From NCBI GenBank assembly GCA_032718475.1, contig JAUCBJ010009041.1:84124-148123 (forward strand): a stretch of DNA of 64,000 bases. The letters run 5' to 3'. The notes beneath the pieces are model-generated. The model had not been told where the DNA came from. It worked only from the letters and a program-made list of their open reading frames with translations, and searched no databases. This DNA comes from Nemertoderma westbladi. Lineage: Eukaryota; Animalia; Xenacoelomorpha. Positions within the stretch are counted from its first letter, which is position 1; every line of letters starts with the position of its first letter. Of this stretch, positions 35,701 to 47,700 are shown in pieces. The position numbers were made by a program, and so were the translations under genes.

Positions 35701-38700
35701 GTGGTAAACAGACATTCCTTTAGGAGACAGAGTGGAAGAGTTTACTGTGGAAGATCTCCCGTGGTGGTGAACGGGAATTCCTTTAGGAAACAGGGTGGAA
35801 GGGTTTACTGTGGAAGATCTCCCATGGTGATGAACAGGCATTCTCCTTTAGGAGACAGAGTGGAAGGGTTTTCTGTAGAAGATCTCCCATGGTGGTGAAC
35901 AGGCATTCCTTGGCTTAACGAGCCTAAAAGATTTTTCCATTCATTATTATTAATCTTCAGCATGTATGAAGCCAGCACAGCATTCTTAAAAATGCAGCTG
36001 CAATGCAGCATGCCGATCGTAGTAGTAGTAGTATGGTGGAGCTGTGGGCAGCCCATGACTTTCTTGAGACGCTTCTTATAGGACATCTACTTTGAAGAAG
36101 CGGATAATCTTGTGAATGTCATGGGTGATAGAGAGTTCTGGCGGAGCAATTTTGTTGTTAAACTTGAATAGCAATACATTAAACTCTTAATGTAGCTGCA
36201 AAGCAGCTTGGCGATTATCGTTACTTTAGACAGATAAATTCTCCCTAACATATTATTACCTATAATTTATTATTGGTGTTATGGGTGAAGGGTGAATGAG
36301 TGGTTTCATATTATTATAACTTTTTGTTGGGCACAGCTTTTGCAAAGTCGGCGATGACGTCCAGGTGGGATCAATTATAGGTAATAGTTAGAGTAAAATC
36401 TAACAGTAGCTATAATCGCTATGCTGCTTTGCAACTACATTAAGAATGCTACTAGAACTCTCTATCACCCATGATATTCACAAGATTATTCGCATCTTCA
36501 AAGTAGATGTCCTATAAGAAGCGTCTCAAGAAAGTCATGGGCTGCCCACAGCTCAACCATTCATACATGCTGAAGATTAATAATAATGAATGGGAGAATC
36601 TTTTAGGCTCGTTAAGCCAAGGAATGCCTGTTCACCACCATGGGAGATCTTTCACAGTAAACCCTTCCACTCTGTTTCCTAAAGGAATGCCTGTTCACCA
36701 CCATGGGTGATCTTCCACAGTATACCCTTCCACTCTGTTTCCTAAAGGAATGCCTGTTCACCACCATGGGTGAACTTCCACAATAAACCCTTCCACTCTG
36801 TTTCCTAAAGGAATGCCTGTTCACCACCATGGGAGAACTTCCACAGTAAACCCTTCCACTCTGTTTCCCAAGTGCAAGTTGCCTTGGTTCCCATTTTTCG
36901 ACCACTGAAGGATGAAACCAGCCAGGAGGGTTGGGCTAGTCTGCAGCATTTAAAGCACTGTGCCCAAACAGTGTTGCCCCATATAGGGATCGAACCAGAG
37001 CTTCCTAATAGGTAACCAAGGCATGTCAGCACAAGACCATGATGCTGCTTATTAAGATTAATAATAATAACAGCCAGATGTCTGTTTTCTTTGTTGAAAA
37101 AAGAAAAGTGATACTATTATTACCTGGCCAATTCAACCACGTAACGGGCCTCGAATGTATTCTTATGACTCCAGTTGTCCTGCAGTTCCTCTTCTGGCTG
37201 ACGATGATCAATAAAGTACAAACTCTTCGCCACGCCTCTGACTTTGGGAAGATTGAGAACCGATTCGTGGTTCTTTAGACTCGGGTAAATGTGGTTCATT
37301 AGAGTGGCGATTTCGGGACACATTCTATGTTGTAGTTCCAAAGATTCATTCTAAAATTAACAGATGAAAAATATAATCCTCAGCATTCAGCAACCCATTC
37401 AGCCCACGTTTCTCAGAATAACCCAAATGATAATAAAATAATTTAACAAAGTTCTTAGTAGGCATACCCTTACATAAATTAAAGTACCAGAAAATATTTT
37501 TGTTTGCATTTAAGAAAACTGGACCAACCTTAAATCCATTCTTAATGAGTCTCTCAAACAAACTAATATCAAGATTATATTCTCTCGACAACTCATATAC
37601 ATTAGTTGAAGGCCTCAACTGTTGATGATCCCCTATGAGTATTAGCTGTTCGCATCTTCGAGTTATAGCTGTTACTATGTGAGCTTCTAAAACCTCGGCA
37701 GCTTCTTCTACAACTATAATTCGTGGACCAATACTATGGAGAATATCGCGGTATCTAAATATACAATTCAATTCCAGTGAGTATTTCTGAATATTACAGT
37801 TCGAGGTGGGCATTTTTTAGATTCCTCAATTTTTGAGGTTCGAGGTGGCGCTTATGTTTTAGATTTGATCTGATCGAGCTTTTGACTTTTACAGTTCTAT
37901 TGACTTTAGTTTATTGTTTTGGTTAGAATAACGTGCCACTGAAACTGCTCCTCTCCCTAATTTATAATTTAGCATTAAGGAAAGATATTAATTAGAAGAG
38001 ATTGGTACCGGTAGGCCTACACCATGGACATTACAGTTTTTTTGATACATTTTGTTAACATTCGGGCAAACCATTTACATTTTAAAGCTCCATAAATAAT
38101 TCCAAAGAAAGATTATATTATCATTATTTTCGTCATGATACAACAATTGCACAATAAATCTGCAGGTAGGCCTACATGTTGTACATACAGTACTTTTTGC
38201 AAAGTTTAAGTTTTTATATAAGTTGCTTTTGTTTGCAAAGTAGACCAAGATTTTTTGCTGCAATTTCTGGCCATGGTTCAACATCGGCCGCCACAGGAGA
38301 CAAAGTGAGCTTGTTGGGGCTGAACGCCGGCCGCCACGGGAGATAAAGTGAGCTTGCCAGGGCTGAACGCCGGCCGCCGCGGAAGACAAAGTGAGCTGGC
38401 CAGGGCTGAACGCCGGCCGCCACGGGAGACAAAGTGAGCTGGCCAGAGCTGAACGCCGGCCGCAACGGGAGACAAAGTGAGATTGCCAGGGCTGAACGCC
38501 GGCCGCCACAGGAGACAAAATGAGCTGGCTGGGGCTGAACGCCGGCCGCCATGGGAGACAAAGTGAGCTGGCCAGCGTTGAACATGGCCGCCACCAGGAG
38601 ACAAAGTGAGCTGGCCAGAGCTGAACGCCGGCCGCCATGGGAAACAAAGAGATATTGCAAGGGTTGAACGCCAGCCGCCACAGGAGAATTGCAAGGGTTG

Positions 38701-41700
38701 AACGCCAGCCGCCACAGGAGACAAGTGAGCTAGCCATGGTTGAACGCCGGACGCCACGCGAGACAAAGTGAGATGACCAGAGCTGAACGCCGGCAGCCAC
38801 GGGAGATAAAGTGAGCTGGCCAGGGTTGAACGCCAGCTGCTACGGGAGAAAAGTGGGCTGGCCAGACCTGAACGCTGGCCGCCACGGGAGACAAAGTGAC
38901 ATTGCCAGGGCTGAACGCCAGCCACCACAGGAGACAAAGTGAGCTGGCCAGGGTTGAACGCCGGCCGCCACGGGAGACAAAGTGAGATGGCCAGAGCTGA
39001 ACGCCGGCCACCCCAGGAGACAAAGTGAGCTGGCCAGGGTTGAACGCCGGCAGCCACGGGAGATAAAGTGAGCTGGCCAGGGCTGAATGTCATTCGCCAC
39101 AGGAGACAAAGTGAGCTGGCCAGGGCTGAACGGCCGCCACAGCAGACAAAGTGAGCTGGCCAGGGCTGAACGGTCGCCACGGGAGACAAAGTGAGCTGGC
39201 CAGGGCTGAATGGCCGCAATGGGAGACAAAGTGAGATGGCTGGGGCTGAACGCCGGCCGCCATGGGAGACAAAGTGAGCTGGCCAGAGCTGAACGCCGGG
39301 CCACCACGGGAGACAAAGTGAGCTGGCCAGGGCTGAATGGCCGCCACGGGAGACAAAGTGAGCTGGCCAGGGTTGAACGCCGGCCGCCATGGGAGACAAA
39401 GTGAGCTGGCCAGGGCTGAACGCCGGGCCACCACGGGAGACAAAGTGAGCTGGCCAGAGCTGAACGCCGGCCACCACGGGAGACAAAGTGAGATTGCCAG
39501 GGCTGAACGCCGGCCGCCACCGGAGACAAAATGAGCTGGCTGGGGCTGAACGCCGGCCGCCATGGGAGACAAAGTGAGCTGGCCAGGGTTGAACATCGGC
39601 CGCCACAGGAGACAAAGTGAGCTGGCTAGAGCTGAACGCCGGCCGCCATGGGAAACAAAGAGATATTGCAAGGGTTGAACGCCAGCCGCCACAGGAGACA
39701 AGTGAGCTAGCCATGGTTGAACGCCGGACGCCACGCGAGACAAAGTGAGATGACCAGAGCTGAACGCCGGCAGCCACGGGAGATAAAGTGAGCTGGCCAG
39801 GGTTGAACGCCAGCTGCTACGGGAGACAAAGTGAGCTGGCCAGACCTGAACGCCGGCCGCCACGGGAGACAAAGTGAGATTGCCAGGGCTGAACGCCAGC
39901 CACCACAAGAGACAAAGTGAGCTGGCCAGGGTTGAACGCCGGCCGCCACGGGAGACAAAGTGAGATGGCCAGAGCTGAACGCCGGCCACCCCAGGAGACA
40001 AAGTGAGCTGGCCAGGGTTGAACGCCGGCAGCCACGGGAGATAAAGTGAGCTGGCCAGGGCTGAATGTCATTCGCCACAGGAGACAAAGTGAGCTGGCCA
40101 GGGCTGAACGGCCGCCACAGCAGACAAAGTGAGCTGGCCAGGGCTGAACGGTCGCCACGGGAGACAAAGTGAGCTGGCCAGGGCTGAATGGCCGCAATGG
40201 GAGACAAAGTGAGATGGCTGGGGCTGAACGCCGGCCGCCATGGGAGACAAAGTGAGCTGGCCAGAGCTGAATGCCGGGCCACCACGGGAGACAAAGTGAG
40301 CTGGCCAGGGCTGAATGGCCGCCACGGGAGACAAAGTGAGCTGGCCAGGGTTGAACGCCGGCCGCCATGGGAGACAAAGTGAGCTGGCCAGAGCTGAACG
40401 CCGGGCCACCACGGGAGACAAAGTGAGCTGGCCAGAGCTGAACGCCGGCCACCACGGGAGACAAAGTGAGATTGCCAGGGCTGAACGCCGGCCGCCACAG
40501 GAGACAAAATGAGCTGGCTGGGGCTGAACGCCGGCCGCCATGGGAGACAAAGAGAGCTGGCCAGGGTTGAACATCGGCCGCCACAGGAGACAAGTGAGCT
40601 AGCCATGGTTGAACGCCGGACGCCACGCGAGACAAAGTGAGATGACCAGAGCTGAACGCCGGACGCCACGGGAGACAAAGTGACCTGGCCAGAGCTGAAC
40701 AGCCGCCACAGGATATAAAGTGAGCTGGCCAGGGCTGAACGGCCGCCATGGGAGACAAAGTGAGCTGGCCAGGGCTGAGCGGCCGCCATGGGAGACAAAG
40801 TGAGCTGGCCATGGCTGAACGGCCGCCACGGGAGACAAAGAGAGCTGGCCAGGGCTGAACGGCCGCCACGGGAGACAAAGAGAGCAGACCAGGGCTGAAC
40901 GGTCGACACAGGAGACAAAGTGAGATGGCCAGGGCTGAATGGCCGCCACAGGAGACAAAGTGAGCTGGCCAGGGTTGAACGGCCGCCACGGGAGACAAAG
41001 TGAGCTGGAGAGGGCTGAACGCCGGCCACCTCGGGAGACAAAATGAGCTGGTCAGGCCTGAACGGTTGCAACGGGAGGCAAAGTGACCTGGCCAGGGCTG
41101 AACGGCCGCCACAGGAAACAAAGTGAGCTGGCCAGGGCTGAACGGCCGCCACGGGAGATGGCCAGTGCTGAACGGCCACCACGGGAGACAAAGTGAGCTG
41201 GCCAGGGTTGTCATTCAAGATTGACTCAAAACATAGACCTGGCAAGGAGGTGCGTACCCTGGAGACGACCCCCCGCCCACGCACACCCCAGATAACATTT
41301 AAAAATAGAAACATTTTGTAAAATAGCTAAACTAACGAATACTCTTCGATATTTCTACAATACTGATCAATACTATTGTGGCATTATCATTGCAGTGAAG
41401 AAAATAAAGTGAAAAAGAAAATATAGAGAAAATATTGTAACTTATTAAAGATCTTATTTACATATTAAATATTAATTAACATTTAATAATTATTCTAGTT
41501 ATTAGAAGACTCACCGAGCTGCACCAGTGGTTGTCATGGCAATTATAGAAGCATTTGCCATAATTTCCTTATGTTCCTGCATTTGGACTTCTGCTTTTTG
41601 TTTCGCGAGGTTGTTATATTCGGTTTCAAGGTCTTCGAGTTTCTCAAGTTCTGGAGTTCGCAACTTTCCCAACCAATACCTACAGATTATATTAACTAAA

Positions 41701-44700
41701 TTTATGTGTATTACTTATTAAAAAGCAGAAGCATTAAAAGCATGTCCAATAATAAAGCGAGTGGATTAGATGAAATCCCAGCGGAGGTATGGATAACCGG
41801 AGTGCTAAACAGACCATTATTGAATGTTTGCAACCGGATGTTAAAAGGGGAAAAGCCACCACCAATTTGGACTAAAGGTCAACTAAAGCCTCTCCCCAAG
41901 AAAGGAGACCTAGGCATACCAACAAACTATCGTGGGATCTGTCTGCTTGTGGTAGCTGCCAAAATATACAATAAAATGATTCTATATAGGATTAGGCCTC
42001 ACATAGAGAAACTACTGCGTAAGAGCCAAAACGGATTTCGACCAAATAGATCAACAATAGCTCAGATACTTGCACTACGGAGACTGATTGAAGGAATTAA
42101 GTCAAAGAATCTCCCTGCAGTCATGACTTTTGTGGACTTCAAGAAAGCATTCGACTCCATCCATAGAGGTAAAATGCTTGAAATCCTAAGAGCTTATGGA
42201 ATACCAGAAGTAATTGTTGCTGGCATTGGATTGTTATATTGTGACACAGAAGCTCAGGTACTCTCACCAGATAGTGAAACTGAGTTTTTCTCAATCCTGG
42301 CTGGCGTACTGCAAGGTGACACATTAGCACCATTACTATTTGTAATTGTGCTGGATTATGCAATGAGGACGGCCACAAAGGGTGAAGATCTGGGATTCAC
42401 ACTTCAAGAACGCAGAAGTAGTAGATATCCGGCAACTACAGTCACAGACACCGACTTTGCGGATGACATCGCCCTGTTCTCTAATACGCTTCTAGCAGAT
42501 GCACAGCTTCTACTGAATAAAGTGGAGAGGGATAAAGTGGAGTTTGAATGCATATAAATGCTACCAAGACCGAATTCATGACCTTTAATGTTGATGGAAA
42601 CTTGACAACCATTGATAATAATCAACTAAGGAAGGTCGACGACTTTCAGTACCTTGGATCATGGATAGAGAGTAGCAAAAAGGACATAGAAGTTAGGAAT
42701 GCAAAGGCTTGAGTAGCACTATCAAAAATGGATACCATCTGGAAATCAGATCTCTCAAGGCACATGAAGACTAAGTTCTTTCGAGCCACAGTGGAAGGTG
42801 TACTTTTATGCGGGGGTGAGACTTGGACACTGACGAAATCACTTGAACACAGAATTGATGGTTGCTACACAAGACTACTAAGGGCAGCCCTAAACATCAG
42901 AGCTGGAGACAACACATAAAAACGCCGAGTTCTATGTTACAATATCACCTGTATCAACCACCCTCCGTGAACGCAGATTAAGATTCAGACGGCACTGCTG
43001 GAGAAGTAAAGAGGAGGTCATACCAGATCTACTTTTCTGTCAACCAACACATATGTGTCTGTCCGAATTCGCTCGACCTATTAGTAGTTATTGCTGCAAT
43101 TAATTATGAAAGGGAGATAATTCCGACAAAATATATTAAAATACAATAAAAATTTGCGTATATGCGTATATTAATTAACTAATTAACAATATAATTTCCT
43201 TGGTTGAGCTAAATGCCCCTACCTGTACAGTCGTTTTCTATCCTGCACCGTTAGATTCCAAACAGATACAACTCGTTTCGCCTCTTCTTCCTCCATTGCT
43301 CGTCCTCGCCTCCCTAACGTGTCCTTCAACTTCTGATTTAACTTTTTCTTATCAATTACAATTTGCCAACCATCGTCATCGGGTTGTACTTTTACTGATT
43401 TGTAATCGAATGATACATCACATTGGGTATTGTAGTGTATAAACCCGGGTTTGATTAGTTCCATAATCTCTGGGGCTCTTTCATTGGCTGCAAGCACTGC
43501 GTCTGACTCAATATAAAAGTCTGGCAAACTGTCATTGCCTGTATCTCCACTTCCATTTACTACCTGAAAATCGTAACATAAAGTACTGATACACTATTAT
43601 TGTTAATATTCAATAATGCAAGCAAAGGAGAACCGAACCATACATGAATCAAATATGCATTTTTATTCTAAAATTATGAAACGACTGCTGATGACAACTA
43701 TTGTTGAAAAATGATTCTTTGATTTTTGGTACGATGGAACGGTGGACTTACTGTAATAAAAATATCTAAATTTCGTTGAGAAATAAAGATATAAATTCAA
43801 ATTTGTAATCCAATCATTCCAAAACAAACTGAAATGTTTTTTATTAACTGTCTATAATTCCATGGTAAACTGAAGATCAGAACGATCAAGTACGTATTGC
43901 ACTTATGATAAGTTAATGCATTGCATTTATTGAGAGCACAGGATACAATACAATGCGTTTTTCCGACCGGCAAACAGCAAAGGGTGATGGTAAAGTAAAG
44001 TAAAGTAAAAGTAAATTTTCTTCGGCCGCTAGGCCTGGGATTACGCACAACGTCTGACGACTTATTTCCAGCGCGGTCCACCCAGAACTTTACTCCCCAG
44101 AGGAATCTCCAGTACTCATTTAGCTACCACTTAAGGATGCAAGGCAGAGATGCAACCTGGCTGGTCCCTTTAAAGCATTCGTGCCGAAAAGAAAAATGCC
44201 CTGGCCCATGTGAGGAACGAACCCACGACCTACAGGAGATGTGAATTCAATGCAACCACTACACCAAGCTGGAACCTTAATGGAGTAATTATTGCATCTA
44301 TATTTGCTTCAAATAGCGTGGAAAGATAATTTGGATAGCTGAATTTCAATGCCACATATAAGTCACTCAGGATGCGATTCTCATTGTCAATAATTAAAAT
44401 ATAATATATAATAATATATATTTAATAAATATATATATAATATATAATTTCATCACACAACAAAACGATATTTCGCCCAACGTGGGGATCGAACCCACAA
44501 CCTTGGGATTAAGAGTCCCACGCTCTACCGATTGAGCTAGCCAGGCTGAAATAACACCGTTACGATGAAATGCGGCCGTGTTACGATTCACCGACGATCT
44601 TTCTACATTATAACCTGATACATTCAGGCCGTCAAAGGATCTCCCGCCCCTCCCGAAAAGATCCAAAAGATTTGTTGCAACAATACAAGAATTACAAGTA

Positions 44701-47700
44701 ACACAATCTGACACACTGCCTGCGGACGCAGCAATATTGCGCCCAGAACTCAGGGTCAGCCACACACAGTGCCGGAGGACTCAGCAAAATAGCGCCCCCA
44801 GATCTCGCGGTGAGCCACATACAGTACCGGCGGACCCAGTAACATAGCGCCCCCAGATCTCGCGGTGAGCCACACACAGTGCCGCGCCGAAGGTCCCAGT
44901 AAAATAGCGCCTCCAGATCTCGCGGTCAGCCACAAACAGTGCCGACGGACCCAGTAACATAGCGCCCCCAGATCTCGCGGTGAGCCACACACAGTGCCGC
45001 GCCGAAGGTCCCAGCAAAATAGCGCCTCCAGATCTCGCGGTCAGCCATAAACAGTGCCGACGGACCCAGCAACATAGCGCCCCCAGATCTCGCGGTGAGC
45101 CACACACAGTGCCGCGCCGAAGGTCCCAGTAAAATAGCGCCTCCAGATCTCGCGGTCAGCCACAAACAGTGCCGACGGACCCAGTAACATAGCGCCCCCA
45201 GATCTCGCGGTGAGCCACACACAGTGCCGCGCTGAAGGTCCCAGCAAAATAGCGCCTCCAGATCTCGCGGTCAGCCACAAACAGTGCCGACGGACCCAGT
45301 AACATAGCGCCCCCAGATCTCGCGGTGAGCCACACACAGTGCCGCGCCGAAGGTCCCAGCAAAATAGCGCCTCCAGATCTCGCGGTCAGCCACAAACAGT
45401 GCCGCCGGACCCGGCAACATAGCGCCCCCAGATCTCGCGGTGAGCCACAAACAGTGCCGTTGGTCCCATCAACATAGCGCCCCCAGATCTCGCGGTCAGC
45501 GATACACAGTGCCTGCGGACCCAGCAACATAGCGCCCCCAGAACTCACGGTCAGCCATATAGTTTCCCAGTTTATCCCTATTCTGAAGTCCAGTGCACTT
45601 GAGTAGGCGTTTGAGGAAGGTAATTAGCTGTCCACCACTTCTATTCTCACCAGCAGGCTGTCATACCACAAGGTTGTGTAGAGATTGATCCTGCCGGCGA
45701 AAACTGTGTCCAAATAGCTAAAGGCGGCGTATCTGCAGGGTGATGCTGGGTCTTGATAATGAGATGTTGCCACAGTTTTACGCCGCTCAGCAGTTAGAGT
45801 CCAAGATGGTCAGCCATAGAGCTTTGCTATAGTGATCAAGCCATAGAGAAGCACAGGCTCTGGTGCTGAAGGAAAGGGCCTATTGTACCTTCAAAGTTCG
45901 TGAGATATCACAGTTCTTCCAGATCCTGGATAGCTTGTAGATGGCAGACCAGGCTTTCCCTGTCTATGTTTGCTGTCAGAATTTTGGTCTATGTGCTATT
46001 CATCCATTAGTCCATTACTGAATGCCTCCTCGAAGCTAGATAACAGATTTTGCGCGATCATTTAGATGTTGTGCTGGGGACCCACGACTACGGCTACTGT
46101 AAGTTGGAGATATTTCCATCCCATCAGAGCGATGAATATCGAGGGATGTCCACAACACTTGACTTGGTCCACTACAAAAATGAAGAGAAATGGGGATAAC
46201 CCTTGAAGGACATCCTATATAGCATTGAATGGGTCATTGGGAATCTCAAATGCCTGATGAATTTGGAACTTGCTGGGCGTGATACAGAATCAAAGGCCTT
46301 GAAGAAATCCACAAATGACAACCAAAAGTCTGTCTATTTTTCAATAATCCTTGTACCTGGTGTAGATTGGTGCCTGATCGTCACAGATATAAGATGCCTT
46401 CCCTGAGGATCATGGGATGTCTAAACATTAATTGTTTAACCATAACATTATGATTTTACATTCAATTGGGGATGTGACACGTGATAATGATAGAGCCATA
46501 GATTGTGGCGGGAAATTCAAATGGAGTTTTGCTAGGCTTAGTGTAGTGTTTGTTGGATTCGTGCACTTTAAGTTGGTCTTGAGTTAAAATCCTGAAGTGT
46601 AAAGTTGTTTCTTATTTTTGTGACAGCTTCAGAGTATGAAGCTGTTACATCATTATATATCATACACACTTAGTAAGTACGAATTACATAACTCAAACGG
46701 TTGTACATAAACATACTTAGTAAGTTACTTACCTCCAAATATTCTTTTGGAGATTGATTCTCAACTTCGGGAGAAGGAATTGTAACATGTTCAAATACCC
46801 GGTCGTCGTCAAAACCATAAAGCCAGAATTCCAAAGATGAAAGTCCAAAGTACCACGGATCTATGGAAGATTAATAATAACTATATACAAAGTCCAAAGT
46901 ACCACGGATCTATATGGAAGATTAATAATAACTATATACAAAGTCCAAAGTACCACGGATCTATATAGATGGAAGATGAGGGAGGATACGAATGGTTTAT
47001 TACTCAAACGGACGTATTGAGTGAGTGAAAATAAGGATAATAAATTGGGAGTGAGCTGCTGATGCAACGAAAAATTACGCAGATGGTGATTTACATTAAA
47101 TAATGATTAGATCTCGAGAAATTGCAGAAAGATCTATTGAACAGCCTGTAGGGTCTAGGGGATTTTTGGGTCGGAATAAATCTTTTTTGTTTAATAACTT
47201 AAAAAATATAATTAACTGTTCCACACCTGTTTTAGATGAACAAATATTGTTGAACTATATTATATAGGAGGTCTTACGTTTTCTTACCTTTGACTTATAG
47301 TTAGTCAATAACAGAAATTTCAACATGTTTGCAAATTTGCAAATTTGACTTTCATGACTTTCTTGAGACGCATCTTAAAGGACACTGGCCTTGAAGATGT
47401 GGATGATCTAGCAAATGTCATGGGTGATAGAGAGTTGTGGCGACGCAATTTTGTTGACAAGCCGGCACAGCATTCTTAAAAATGCAGCTGCAATGCAGCA
47501 TGCCGATCCTAGTAGTAGTAGGGCAAATTTCCTCATTTATTTGCAATTGTTTGGAGCATGGGCATGAGTAAAAAAAATCGGTTTGTTTTCACCAATTTTG
47601 AGTTTTTAGTCCATTCAGTGGAATCTACTGACCTAGTAAGCCTAACTCTTCATAATGTTTAAAACACAACATTACTCTTTTAATATTATACAATTACATT

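Larger units (their letters stand above)
33150..37102. repeat. Large inverted duplication (arms about 33150-36265 and 36373-37102) inside ZNFX1 intron 8
   Basis: Flank ttcaacaaagaaaacag..acatctggctgttattattattaatc, SINE head, 63-bp array, SINE tail and RTE 3' fragment all appear in mirror order on opposite strands around a ~108-bp spacer. Confidence 0.9.

Noticed and set aside
33488-36905. 21-aa repeat ORFs, and a possible CRISPR-like array
   Set aside because: Head-to-tail 63-bp units with no unique spacers, no cas genes, and a eukaryotic intron context.
38075-41314. ORFs up to 535 aa
   Set aside because: Stop-poor GC-rich 43-bp minisatellite inside ZNFX1 intron 6.
43688-43720. CTGATGA-CAAC-TATT-GTTG-AAAA hammerhead-like string
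   Set aside because: Stem II uses the G needed for GAAA, and no stem I or stem III partner exists.
44692-45548. Staggered [11 protein letters not shown] ORFs
   Set aside because: Products of the 115-bp tandem repeat.
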